Of a stretch of 64,000 nt of DNA, positions 1-17,740 are shown in pieces. Position numbers and translations under genes: made by a program. Below the pieces are notes generated by a model. The model saw only the letters and a program-made list of their open reading frames with translations. It did no database searches and was not told the origin of the DNA. The first letter of the stretch is position 1. Every line of letters begins with the position of its first letter. Source of the DNA: Bugula neritina (taxonomy: Eukaryota > Animalia > Bryozoa); the NCBI GenBank assembly GCA_964035545.1, contig OZ037771.1, positions 5,613,190 to 5,677,189 on the forward strand. The letters run 5' to 3'.

Positions 1-35
1 GTTGAGAGTAGTTTTACTTTTTGTTGAGTTTACAC

Positions 36-348
<313 letters not shown>

Positions 349-554
349 ATACAATATATACACAAGCCCACAGATGCAGTAAGATAACATGCTAAATTTT
401 TTAAGTGCACATATATAGTAGCTCTAAATAATAACGCAGGTACTGCAGGTATTTAGGCAAACACTGCTGCTAGCCATGAAGGAGAGAATACATAAATTTA
501 TCTAATATATAACTTTTTCTCACACTATATATATTATATAGTACTTGAACTTAC

Positions 555-638
555 CTGGCTATGTACTCCACAAATATTACAAAGTAAAAACAGCAACAAT
601 GTATATGCATAGCACATTCTGTAAACACAGCCACCCAT
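555..638 (-). CDS. Exon 1 (signal peptide) of type-B TLR-like gene B0; rest of gene lies left of the window
   Basis: ATG at 638, MGGCVYRMCYAYTLLLFLLCNICGVHSQ then gtaagt donor; nearly identical to exon 1 of B1 (22827-22910) and B2 (46454-46537). Confidence 0.8.
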
Positions 639-3412
639 GGTGACAGCTAGCTGATAAATGATGAGCCTGTGTGTTCATAGTTTAGCAATATGGCTGTCTA
701 AATAGCTTAAGCATCTGTTTCCTTGTTTCCTCGTTGAAATAACTGCTATTTATTAGTGAGAAACTGGTTTTGCTTTATCAAAAACATATTCAATAAGAAT
801 TTAATTGGATCAAAACCAGATGCACTGCTTTAGCTACTCCTTGTCGTGGTTGCTACTGTCTTTTTTTATGTTTATTATGCAGTTATATTATAGCAACTAC
901 AATATAGATTAGACAGCATAATAATAAAGGACTGTATTTATTCAAAGGCAAGAATGTGACAAGTAAAACTTTGAGATACAACTGCAAAAAGGTTAGCTAG
1001 TTAGCTGGTCTAGTTTAAATATAAATTGCTGCTGTAGCTATAGCATTCATATAGTGATACCAAACAAGATCTCTATACACTGTATGATTTTACACTTTTA
1101 ATATGATTAGGTAATTAGTAATTTTTACTGCATTATCAATAATGTCATCGTCTGAACAACAAGCAAACGGCTATCAGTTTGCAATATATTATAATATAGT
1201 ATAATATATATTTTGCTTATAATACAAATTTACAATATCATCATTTAACAATAAATTAAAGAATAGAAGCTCATATAATAAGTGTTGAAGCAATGACATG
1301 GCTGTTACCGAAGGCATTAAAAATGAATTTCAGAAATTACCAGCGCTGTTTAAAACCATACTTTTCTTTTATTTGAATGCTAAAATAGCACTAATCAATA
1401 ATGTACTTTATTTAAAATTAGTTATTATTATGAGATTATATTCTTCTTGAAATATAGGAAACATTTGAAGCAACAATTTTATAATATGCAGTTATCCTCA
1501 AACATGATATCGTCATTTTTAAAATTAGGTATGATCTTAGCATATAAATGAATGGATACAATTTGAGCTTATTTGTCAACAACAATTTTTTTTTTTGGTT
1601 GACTTTGCAAAAAGAGTTGCACTCTACTTTAATTTTTCTGCGAGATTTAACAATTTCCTTCACACCCATGACTGCAGATGCAGTAAATGATTATTGTATA
1701 AACAGAGCTAGTAGTTGTTAGCATCATGGATTACCATATGTTAAACTTACATGACCTTAGATATAGACAATTAGACAATAGCTGTAATGCAGTACAAATA
1801 ATATTACTCTGACTACTTGCCAAGAAGCAGTTATACTGGAAGTCTGTGGACAAGTAAATCAAAGCCTTTGCAATTTAGTGATGTATGAATAATACATTCG
1901 CTATCAAATTACTGTATCTAGTAGATAATGTCAAATAAAACATGGAAGACAACTAGCAATCTACTGTAAAAAGGTCAAACATGCTGCTAAAGGTTTTTCT
2001 CAAATCTATGAGCTATCTAGACTTTCATGGCTCACAAGTGCAAATACTATTAGCAATACTTCAATCTATGCATTGATACTAATAATTGCGGAATGGCTGT
2101 TCACTGTTGTGTATAAGTTTGATAATAAATCTGCCTACTTGAATGCTCTTATAGGTAAAAAGACATTTACGTAAAATAACCACCAGGAAAAAAACCATTG
2201 CCAGTTTTTGACAAACGTATGACTATAATCACCTCTTTAGATTATTTTGTCAAGGGAAAATGAATATAATTAGCATACAGTTTTTGAGGAAATAAAAACA
2301 GTTTCTTAAGCTAAAACCTATTATACGCAGCCGAATAAAATGAACTGTTAACGAAAACCGATTCCACTAAATATTGCATATCAAGCAGCAAAAAATTGTA
2401 ACTATACCGACAATGAATCAGTTATCAAAAGGTATGGATAATAATTTTAGTATTGCTGTGAAGGCTAGACAAGGAACTGTTTTCTAGTAACTATTATATA
2501 GTGGATCTATTTATAGATAATTGCTTAGGTGCTAGAAGTAACAGATAACAATTGGGGTTCAAGTTCTTACAGAACACAATACATGTTTCGTAATCTATTG
2601 TATTCTTAGGCTGATTGTTCACATCGCAAAGGTTTGAGGAAAAATATGGCTGTTTTTTGGCATCACACATAAACTTTTAACAGATCAAAAATATTTGTCT
2701 CCGACGTTTGTAACTGTCAGCTGCAACAGACAGTTTCTATAATTGAAAATGCTTCAATGTAGACAGACTTATACGCTGTAGATTATTTGTCATTTCATCT
2801 TATAACAAAATGCAGCTTGAATTGTGTGATTATCCGAACAACATGAGGTCTATCACAGTTATATTCTCTTGTTTTAGAATGCAGATTGAAAACATTTGTA
2901 ATTTTGTTAAAGTAAAAAAATTTAGAAATTAGGTCAAAAAGCAGATGAAAAATTAAGCTTTATATTAACCACTAGCATAAAAAAGTTACTGCATAGAATA
3001 GCTGGCAAGAGGCACAGAAGTTGTATTGTTCATATTTAGGTACTCCAGTTATTTTAGCAACTAATCATGCATTACATAAAGAAAATATTATAAACTAAGG
3101 AGAACAGGTTTTTTTGTGAACATAAATATTGTTACCATGGTTACGCCACTTGACAATTCTATATAATTATAATATAGCAATAGAATAATAAATGAATTGA
3201 TAACTGTTTCATAATGCATCCATTACTATTGTAGTAGTATCACTAGTTCTAAATCTATACAAGTTATTATAATGTATAACTATTGCACTTTAGCAACACA
3301 GTCATGCATGTCATTAAGTGCGTTGTATACCAGAATATGCAGCTTGCAGTACATTACAGAGACTAACTACTTAACTTTTACATTAATGTATCTATTCATT
3401 CTCCAAGTTAAA

Positions 3413-4899
3413 CTTTGCCTAGGGTGTTGAAGACACTTATACGATCAAATTGTCTCATATTGTTGTAGTGGTGGTGAAATGCACACAGTCTATATATAAG
3501 ATGATGACGGAAAACATAGAGAACTATAACAATGATAGCAGCTATTACAGAAAACGAAATGATTAAAATGAGGTTTTTCTGTAAAATATCTTTTGTCTCA
3601 GTAAAGCTAGAAAGTTTTTCAACTTCACTTGAGATAATTGATGTCGTCGGATTGTTGTAAAATAATTGTTATCTTCCGTTGTTTTCAAAGTGATAATTGT
3701 TGTAGAGTCAGAACTTTTGCTCTTATAATCAAAGTTTTGTCACAAACTTTTTGAAAAAAATTTTAGATACAAAACAAAACTATTGTTTGGGGCTGAGTAG
3801 GGGCTGAGGCTAGGTGTGCCTGTAATAAACAGCTCCTCTAAAGATTTGTGTAGCGGGTATAACTCCGAATAGGCATAGCAATGTGCTGGTAGGTAGTTCT
3901 GCTTCATTCTGTAGCCACATGGTGCAACATGTTATAATAATAAATTCTTATATAGCAATCCCTTATTGTTAAAGTTAAAGTTGGGTATAGCAGGTTGAAT
4001 GCATGCAATGAAGAAGTGATAAACATATCCTGGTAACAAAAAATTGCTTTTATTACATTATTAAAATAAAACCTTAATATTAAAATTAATCAAACATGTC
4101 GAAGATCAGTTTTTCCAATTTTGCACTCAAGTGCACAGCAATCAATTCAAAAATAATTATGTAACTCGGCACTAATATGGCATTATACTGGTTCATAAAA
4201 CCTGGATTTTAGTTCCAGAATGAAGCAACCCACTGACATCATATTTTATATGACGCTTACATATTCTAGTTATATTATCAACTTATTAACTCAAATAATC
4301 TGTGCGTATTGAAGAAGATATTATTGGTATGAATTGCACTTGTAAAAGCAATGAAAATTTAGAGTTAGATATTTAAAATGAACATAAAAATCATTTATCT
4401 TAAAAACCCTTTTTGCTGATCAGTAAATCTAATAAAATATATCAGTAGTTTAGCTAAAAGCCTTCAACTATTTTTTGGTAATAGATAAAACACTATATAC
4501 TGTAACATAATACTATTTACAATATACGTACCTGAGTGTCTTCAGAGTTGTCAGTCCTTTGAATGAGTCTCTACTGATAGTTTCATTAGAAAGTAGAATA
4601 TTGTTGAAAGAGATGTTAAGATGTAAGAGTCGTGTATTGGAGGCAAATACGAAGGAACCTATGAATGAAATCTTGTTGTAGGAGAGATCAAGATACTCAA
4701 GGTCAGTGAGAGGTGAAAGGTCAGGTATGTTGCTGAGGTGATTGTGATTGAGTTTTAGTACTCTGATACCAGTTGTATTGAGAGTTGGTGGTACAGAGAA
4801 CTGTGTTATTTGACTATCGCTACAGTCCATGACACCAGGTAAATCACAGGTACATCTCTCTATCTCACAAAGTTTTTCACACTGTCTGCTTTGAATAAA
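3413..4899 (-). pseudogene. Type-C TLR pseudogene C0 with internal deletions
   Basis: Intact exon 2 (4532-4899). Exon 3 (starts 3908) is fused at ~3790 directly to the stalk part of exon 4. CGA>TGA at the RQNFDYKS motif, a frameshifting ~49-nt deletion at ~3660, a recognisable TM (NLILIISFSVIAAIIVI), and a junction at ~3413 that removes the TIR exon. Confidence 0.9.
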
Positions 4900-7120
4900 C
4901 TATAAAAAAAAACAAATGCAAGTTGAACTATTTTAGTTGCTATCTCCGTTTGACATTTTGATAAAAAGCTATAGTAGTAAGCAATACTCTTAATTTGCGT
5001 AGCTTGTATACTATGCACAACTCTTGTGTAGTATGTTAAAAATTGTTTTTTCTTTGCCAAACAAATGTTCAACCAAGATTTAATTGGATTAATAGCCTAA
5101 TGTAAACACTGCTTCCTGTTAATTCTTCTTAACAGCAAATCATTTTCTTGTGAGCAGCATTGCTTTGATGGCTGCTATTGAAATGTTTTATTTATAATTA
5201 GAAGCTTCATATATTTTATCATATTTAAAGATTTTTTTATATTTTTCAGTCTTCTGTGAAGCAAGTTATAGACTGATCTATGAATGCATATTTAAGCGTA
5301 TACAGAAAAATCACGGTTTTTTTCTTTATTGTGAGCCTACGTGAAACAAGATAATATGGGTGATTTTTTGACCATTTGTCACTTTATATTATAACTACAA
5401 TATACAACAATTAGCCACTAAACTTTACAGTAATGGACAACTACAATATGCCAAAATTATGACATGTAAATACATGAGCTAGAATGAGAATGGGAACATG
5501 ACAAGTTTGACTGCGCTTTCTTGTGCACAAACTGTGTTGGTGGTTAAGGATACCATGCCAAGGTATATATTAGACATCATATGAGTTCATAGGGCAATAC
5601 CGTCTAAGTCTTTTTCCAACATCTGGAGCAGTTTGCAGGCAGAATTGGCTTGTTATGAGGTGACTTGAGCATTTGAGTTCAGATCTATAAGGGCCTGCCA
5701 GTCACCGGGTACGAGTGGTAGATAACTCACAACAGCACTCTCACTGCTGACTTCCAAATATTTTTTGCACACATGCGAGACAAATTGATTTTGTAGAGAG
5801 CTGTGGCCGGTCATTCTAAGACAGACCAAGTATTATAGGTGCTGCTGCTGTTTTTAGGAAAGGGCAGCAGCAACTGAGTAGCAATGCTTACTGTTTCAGT
5901 ACTTTTTTTACTAGTACTTGTAATTTTTGTTATTTATTACTATTTAACTTTTCTATTTCTATAAATCTATATCAATTATATATGCATGTACTAAATACTG
6001 GCATTTCAGCACTAGTATAATAGGGTTATTAGACATAGCCAGTTTTTCTTCTGAGCGTTTAGATTTGGGATCAGCCGAGGTGGCGCAGGCGTAACTCAGT
6101 GATGATTCATGGTAACAGTAGCATCTCAGAGGTGTCTCTGCTACAGATTGCCAAGTTTTATTTTCATTTTAGGGTCAAGCTACTTTATTTATTATACATA
6201 AGTAAATCACGATCAAAAATTAAAGTTTGCTGAAATTCATGAAAACGTAATATATGTCGGGTAATTCTATGTGCTGATTTTAACTATGCATAGCATAAAC
6301 AAGCTGCAACATTAAAATGTAAAGTCTTGTCATATGAACTAAATATAAATTATTTATACAGACCGTAATGAAAAAAAGCCATTATGTTCTGTATATCCAA
6401 AAATTATTAAAAAGTTGAGAAAAAGCATAAACAACTGAGCAGAATTAGAAAAAAGAACCTCTGATTATTTGGTTGCATTTGTTTATATTTTATTAATTCA
6501 AGACAAAAAACTATTTACATCAGCAAGTAAATTGTGAAATATAACTACAACTAGACATATATTGAGTGTGTAGTGAATTAAGTAAATTGACCCGCAATAA
6601 CTATTATGTTTCATTGTATATATTTTGCTGCAATTGTTATAATAGCACATATGGCATTATCTTGTCATTATAATTTCATTATACTCATTGAATTAACAAA
6701 AAAAATTCTAAGGCTAAATACAAGTAAAACGTCCACCTATGCACCAAGCACAGCATACAGCTGTCATTAATTAAGAGCACTTGAAGTCTGATTCAAGAAA
6801 TTGGTGTTTGAAATTAAAGTTTGTTGGTTGAAAGTTGAAATGTTTTTGTTTAGCAAATGTATTTGCATTTATAGCCTATAATCATATTTTTTCTTAAAAA
6901 CTAAAAAAGAAGAGAAAAATATAATTGTTATCGTGTTGGTAAAATATAATCTTCGACACCAATGACACTAACGGAATTATTGTAGTTACTGCAGAGGCAT
7001 GTTTTTGCAAGAAAATTATGTACAGCCTAAATATTGGTCCAACTTACTATCTTTACACTAGAATCATAAATATATAGCTGTTCACACTTTCAATTGTTCA
7101 GCAGTTATCCTAAAGCTTTT

Positions 7121-7230
7121 TAGGCCGCTTTGGAATTCCCTTTGCATAGGGGCAACTGTGGGCCCTACTCGATGACCATTCGGCAACCACCATGCGTAAG
7201 GCACAACTATTTGAGCAATTGCAGTAATTT
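7121..7230. repeat. Interspersed repeat fragment (also ~30504-30613; diverged inverted copy at ~53005-53118)
   Basis: Reverse complement aligns with 53005-53118 (aattactg.aattgctc.aata.ttgtg.c.tacgc.tg.tggtt.ccgaatggtcatcg.gtagggcc.acagtt.cccct). Confidence 0.7.
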
Positions 7231-7939
7231 TACTCTGATATTTCGTCATTTGTGTAAGCAAATGTAAGTGATAGAATATGTAGTTAAACTAATTAGCCTT
7301 AAATTAAAATATCAGCTTTAGTAACCAACAACATCTACTAAATTTTTTAAGCTACATTAGCGATGCGATAAAAAATGTTTTAGCATTTCACTGTGTACAC
7401 TAGCAATGCCTGCTGCAGACAAATACGTCTGCACCATTCTCTGTGCAAAGCATCTATTGGTCATTATGGCATTTACCAAACTAAAAGCTATGGAGACCTC
7501 AGTCAATTGTAAGTAGCAATAACTTACCATAGTATAAATTTAACCAAAAATATTAATATCTATTGTCATTATGTATATGTTATATTATTTTGTAAATTGC
7601 TTTTTAATGAAGCATTACTACAAATTTAAAAGTTACTTTTAACCTTTTAAGATAATGAAGAAGAAGCAATGTAAGTATATTGACCATATTCATGTTATCA
7701 GTTTCTTTCAAGTTTAATGTTTTGAAGAAATTTCTTTAGTTATTGTAGTACATATGGTGTATATACAGCATACAAATATATAAAAATTAAAAGTATATAA
7801 GATAGGCTCTAAGATGAATCAGTGTATACTGTAATATGTGTTGACCAAAGACCATTATGAGTACTATGGTGTAATACATGTTTAAAGATAAAGAAAAGAC
7901 AAATTCTCTAATTAATTAGAATTTAGCCTAGTAGCCAAC

Positions 7940-9130
7940 TGCGGTCTCACTTTACCATAATGATAGAATTGGAACTTTTGACGTCAGGTGATTTTACTGA
8001 TGACTTGGAGTTGAGTAATCGCCAAGATGATTTATAATAATCATGAGGTTGATTGATTACTTAATTTAGTCGAGGTGTCGTACTGACTAGGTGAAGTCTC
8101 CTAAAAGGGAGTGTTTGATTTTAGCGCTGGCTACAACTGAATCTATGTGCTCTGTTGCAGGTGAGACTGGCCCTGGATCTCCAGGGATGCAAGCATTGAT
8201 AGATCTGCATCCTGCCCCGTGGGAGGAGATCTCAGACAAAGGGTTAGAACTCCTGTTTGACATGCATTTCGCTATCAGCCGAGCAGCCACCACCTGATGT
8301 TAGTGCCATGCAATTCACAACTACCGCAACTACTACTAGTAATTTACCGGAGTTACCCCAAGCATTGATGCAAAAGACAACCTGGACCACACGGCGTACA
8401 AAACTACTCATTCAGATTTTAATTGGTCAAGACCCAAATAGATAGTGTGACTAGTGTCGACGAACATTTCCTACCATTTAGAGACTTAGAGTGCATGTAC
8501 CTCCGTACTTTGCCATAACGTTCTGTCCATGCGGCACGCACCATTTTAACCACGATTACGTTTTTCGACACCAACGGACAATTAATTATTATGTTGAAAA
8601 TATCGATGATGTGGACCAGGACACCTACCCGGAATTCAGAGACGTAATTATCTCACACATTTCATCATCGTCTCGGAAAGAAATTCCTCTTAAAAGATTT
8701 CCCAGCATCAGACCCACAGGAGAAAGCGACTCCAACAACATCAATACTTCCCCAGATTCTGTAGTCCCCCTTCCTCTGTCGTGGAGAATTGTCCTCTTCG
8801 TGTCCTGTTAACACGCTCCAACTAGTCAGTAGATAGTTCAACTCGTGCTCTTCCTCCACATTCCCCTTCTCTCTCGAAAAAAAGGAGGAAAACTAAGGCT
8901 ACCTCTACTCTTGCTGACACACTGAATCATAAAATTCAGATTGATTTGGACAAATTACAATGGCAGTTTGTCCGGTTGTGTAAGGAGTGACGCTGGACAG
9001 CCTCAAAGTTGACCCAGCTTCAGGAACGTTTTTCATAGTAGACGGACTAGTAAACAATTCATCTTCATCGCATGATTGTACAGGGAGATCCTGCTTTACC
9101 CGGTGAGCTGCCTCAGCTGGTGGTAGCGTA
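7940..9130. mobile_element. Degenerate GC-richer transposon-like segment, family not determined (copy ~31320-32510)
   Basis: Shift to higher GC/CpG, broken ORFs including HVPPYFAITFCPCGTHHFNHDYVFRHQRT, next to an LTR-like segment; no RT or integrase motif recognised. Confidence 0.4.
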
Positions 9131-9317
9131 AATTAAAGTTACATTTTCATGTCTTCTTCTAATATTGTGTTTCAACTGTCATTGTATGCTATACTCAGCT
9201 TTTACTCTGGTTATGGGAATATGTGTGTCCAAATTTATATGTATATATTCTGCATGTTTCATGTTTCAAAAATTTAGTATTAAAATAATAATAATAATAA
9301 TAATAATAATACCAAGC

Positions 9318-9602
9318 TGTTGTCATGGCACTGCGGTGGATGTCTTACCCGTTTCCTTGGCTTCATCTCCTGCCTCAGCTCCTGATTGCTTTGGTTTATC
9401 GGCAGCCGTACTTCCCGATAGGTGGGAGGTGTAGAGATTTTGTGGACTAACCAGAAGCTACGCAACTCTCGGACTACGCACCACTACGCTAGCGTAGTCA
9501 CATAGTTAATCATGATGATACGTTACGCTACCTTTCATCCTATTGACTAGTAATCATCCCCCCACATTGGCTAATGATCAGTGAACCCTATAATTCACAA
9601 CA
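9318..9602 (-). mobile_element. LTR-like segment (copy 32701-32985)
   Basis: TGTTGT...ACAACA inverted termini; on the minus strand followed by gcTTGGTA (PBS-like); internal CTACGC repeats and a 16-bp palindrome at 9483-9498; no TSD found. Confidence 0.35.
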
Positions 9603-10300
9603 ATAACATGGAACAGCTCTCTATGGTTGATAACATGGAACAACTTTCAGCAGCAATTATAATATAAAATATATTTTTGCAGTCCTAATTCATCAAATAG
9701 CAACAAATTTCACTGATATTTATTTTGATATCTCAGATATAAATTGCTTACAACTTATGAGTTTTAGGCAATAAGCAGTGAATCAAAGTTATCAGTAGTT
9801 TAAACCATTTTACGTATCATTCGTCAATTCATGGAGTGAATTGTACATGCACTGACTTAATGCATATTCATGAAAGCATTTTATAAGTGAAATTTGCAGT
9901 TTTCTACAAGGTGTTATAACTTATAAACCAAGCTTAACAGAAGTCTCTAATTTCTGCTAGTTAAAGTAATTGGTAATAATTGTTGTCTCTAGATGAACAG
10001 CCAGCTTTGATTGATGTGTTCAAAGGTATATTTTGATGACAAAAGACAAATACTACAAAGTTAGTAAGATACAAAACATTTAAATTATACATCATATTGC
10101 TTTAGATTAGCTCTCTAACAATGCACAATCTACATATCATGTCTATACAAGTTCTACATTCTTTTAGTCACTTTTTATTTATTAATTATACAGAGCAAAG
10201 CATCAGTTAGGGTTAACAGTTTAAAAGTCATTCAACGTAAAATTGATGAAGTGTTTTGCCAAATAAACAAATAGTATTGGATATTTGAAAGTACATTGAT

Positions 10301-15698
<5,398 letters not shown>

Positions 15699-16869
15699 GT
15701 TGAGAATATAAGGCAAATTATTGCCTATTATAGCTAGCAGTAGTAAAATGTTCAATTTAAGTAACTCCTTTGAGACAAAAGCGTGGTAGTCACTGATCAA
15801 ATAGGCTACGATCTTCAATGAACATCCTTGTGAATGCTGGCATATGTGCGGAAATATGTATAATTCGACGTCACATTTAAGTGTAATTTGCGTTTCTAAA
15901 CCATCAGTGGCTGGAATTAGTTAATATATTATGATAAGTAAATAATAAAAGATAAAAGACGGTGCGTAAAAATATTAACTTAAGCAAACAAGATTAGTGT
16001 TATCAAGTTTTGTTGATGCATACAAAAGTAACAATTCTATTGGCTGATTTTAAAGGAAACGTTATATTTTTAGTCGCAAGCCTTTCATAATCAAGCTTAG
16101 AATGTGCATTAAGTAAATAGCAAATATAATAATTAAAATATATTATAGCGACAGCTGTGTCTTAATTATATATTAGATACCAATTAGTTAATAATCAGAC
16201 AGAACCAACATCATTATTTACTGGCCCATCTGACCCAATTTACTAAAGTGTTAGAGAAAATTTTAATTCTCATTTAGCATATTGTTTAAAGTGTAGATTG
16301 GATCAGAATATCTACTTTATATAATGAAAAAATCTACATATAAGACTTACATATATCCATGAAAAGCATGTTTTATCCATGACAAGTAGTTGCAAAAGTT
16401 ACTTGCTTCGGCCATTTTATAGTTCAGATAGCAGCAAAAAAATATTCACCTATTATCCATTTGTGATTGCAAAATAAACCATTTAGCCGAGCAATTTGAT
16501 CATCCAAGTTTTATGTACAGCTGTTTGGATTTTAATTGTTATTTCATAGAAAGAAAACAATAAAAGAAGCATGATTATTTGAACCATCACATGGCCAAGT
16601 TAAACTACACAGAAAAATAACTTTTATTCAAGTAGCTCAATACTACTAGATTATTATTGGTGCCAAATTGCAAATAATAACTGTTTACTATGCTACCGCT
16701 TGGTGACAAGAATAGCTTCAATGACAATATGGGGGGTTTTCTAACGTTTTCATTATGATAACCAGCAATTATAGTAGGCCGTATTTTTTACCTTATTAAT
16801 TTAACCAGTTAAACAAGTTTTATGAAAATGGTTTTACATTTATTGATTAGTCTTTGAATTAAAAGATTT

Positions 16870-17740
16870 TAAACAGTAAATGATATGCTTGTAGAAACCA
16901 TCGATTAAGTGGTCTGGGCTGCTGGTAGATATATTATTTTGGATCGTGGAATTTAACTCTCAGTCCCTCATCTTACTAATGTGGGGAGGCTATTGGGTAT
17001 TTAGTATTGTGGAACATGTACTATTTTTATCAGTATGTAAGAAAATGCCCTTGAATCTAATGAGCATAGGTATACTACTTGTTTGTCAGTGAGCATAATA
17101 TAAGTGTAATATTTTTACAATCATGTTATATTTGATCTTATTATGTAAACTTGGAGTTATCTTTTCATAATATTGTAGCTGTTCGATATACATGCAGTTT
17201 TGAACGTATTTTTTATTTCTAGATTAGCTTGCAAAGCTACACAGCTTTAAACTTTCTGCTAAGAGTCAGGAAGATATTATTAGTTAGCAAACAGAATCTT
17301 TATTTTTTAGTAACATATATGGCTGCTCGTTTGCTAAAATCTTAGAAATTGTTATATATTGTATTAAAATAAACCTTGTACTAAATAGATACAAATTTGA
17401 CTATGCCACAATTTGAAGATCACCTCTCTTGTTCCACAAAGAAATAATACATTAGATTAATGAAATAGCAAACTAACAAACTCACAGCAACAAATAATAA
17501 TAGACATCACATATGCAACTAAATCATAATATATTGTAGATGTTGAAGATACAATGATGATAATATATGCATGCATAGTGCATTATACACATACTGACTA
17601 GCATACTATTGTAAAAAACATAAATTATTGTTTCACAATACAAATAGCATAACCATGTAATTGGCAAACACTTCGACATTGTTAAGTTGGTAATGGCCAT
17701 TTCACTTAGCACAGTGAATCCATATAAAAAACTGGCTTGT
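16870..17740 (-). pseudogene. Decayed cytoplasmic/TIR remnant downstream of the B1 stop codon (copy ~40190-41063)
   Basis: In frame after the stop and past a second TGA: NNVEVFANY (type A has EECRVFASH). Near 16870-16995: NSLPTLVR (cf. DHLPKLLTR) and DHLIDGFYKHIIYCL (cf. SHIREGFIKTIVETL). Weak, by-eye similarity. Confidence 0.45.
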
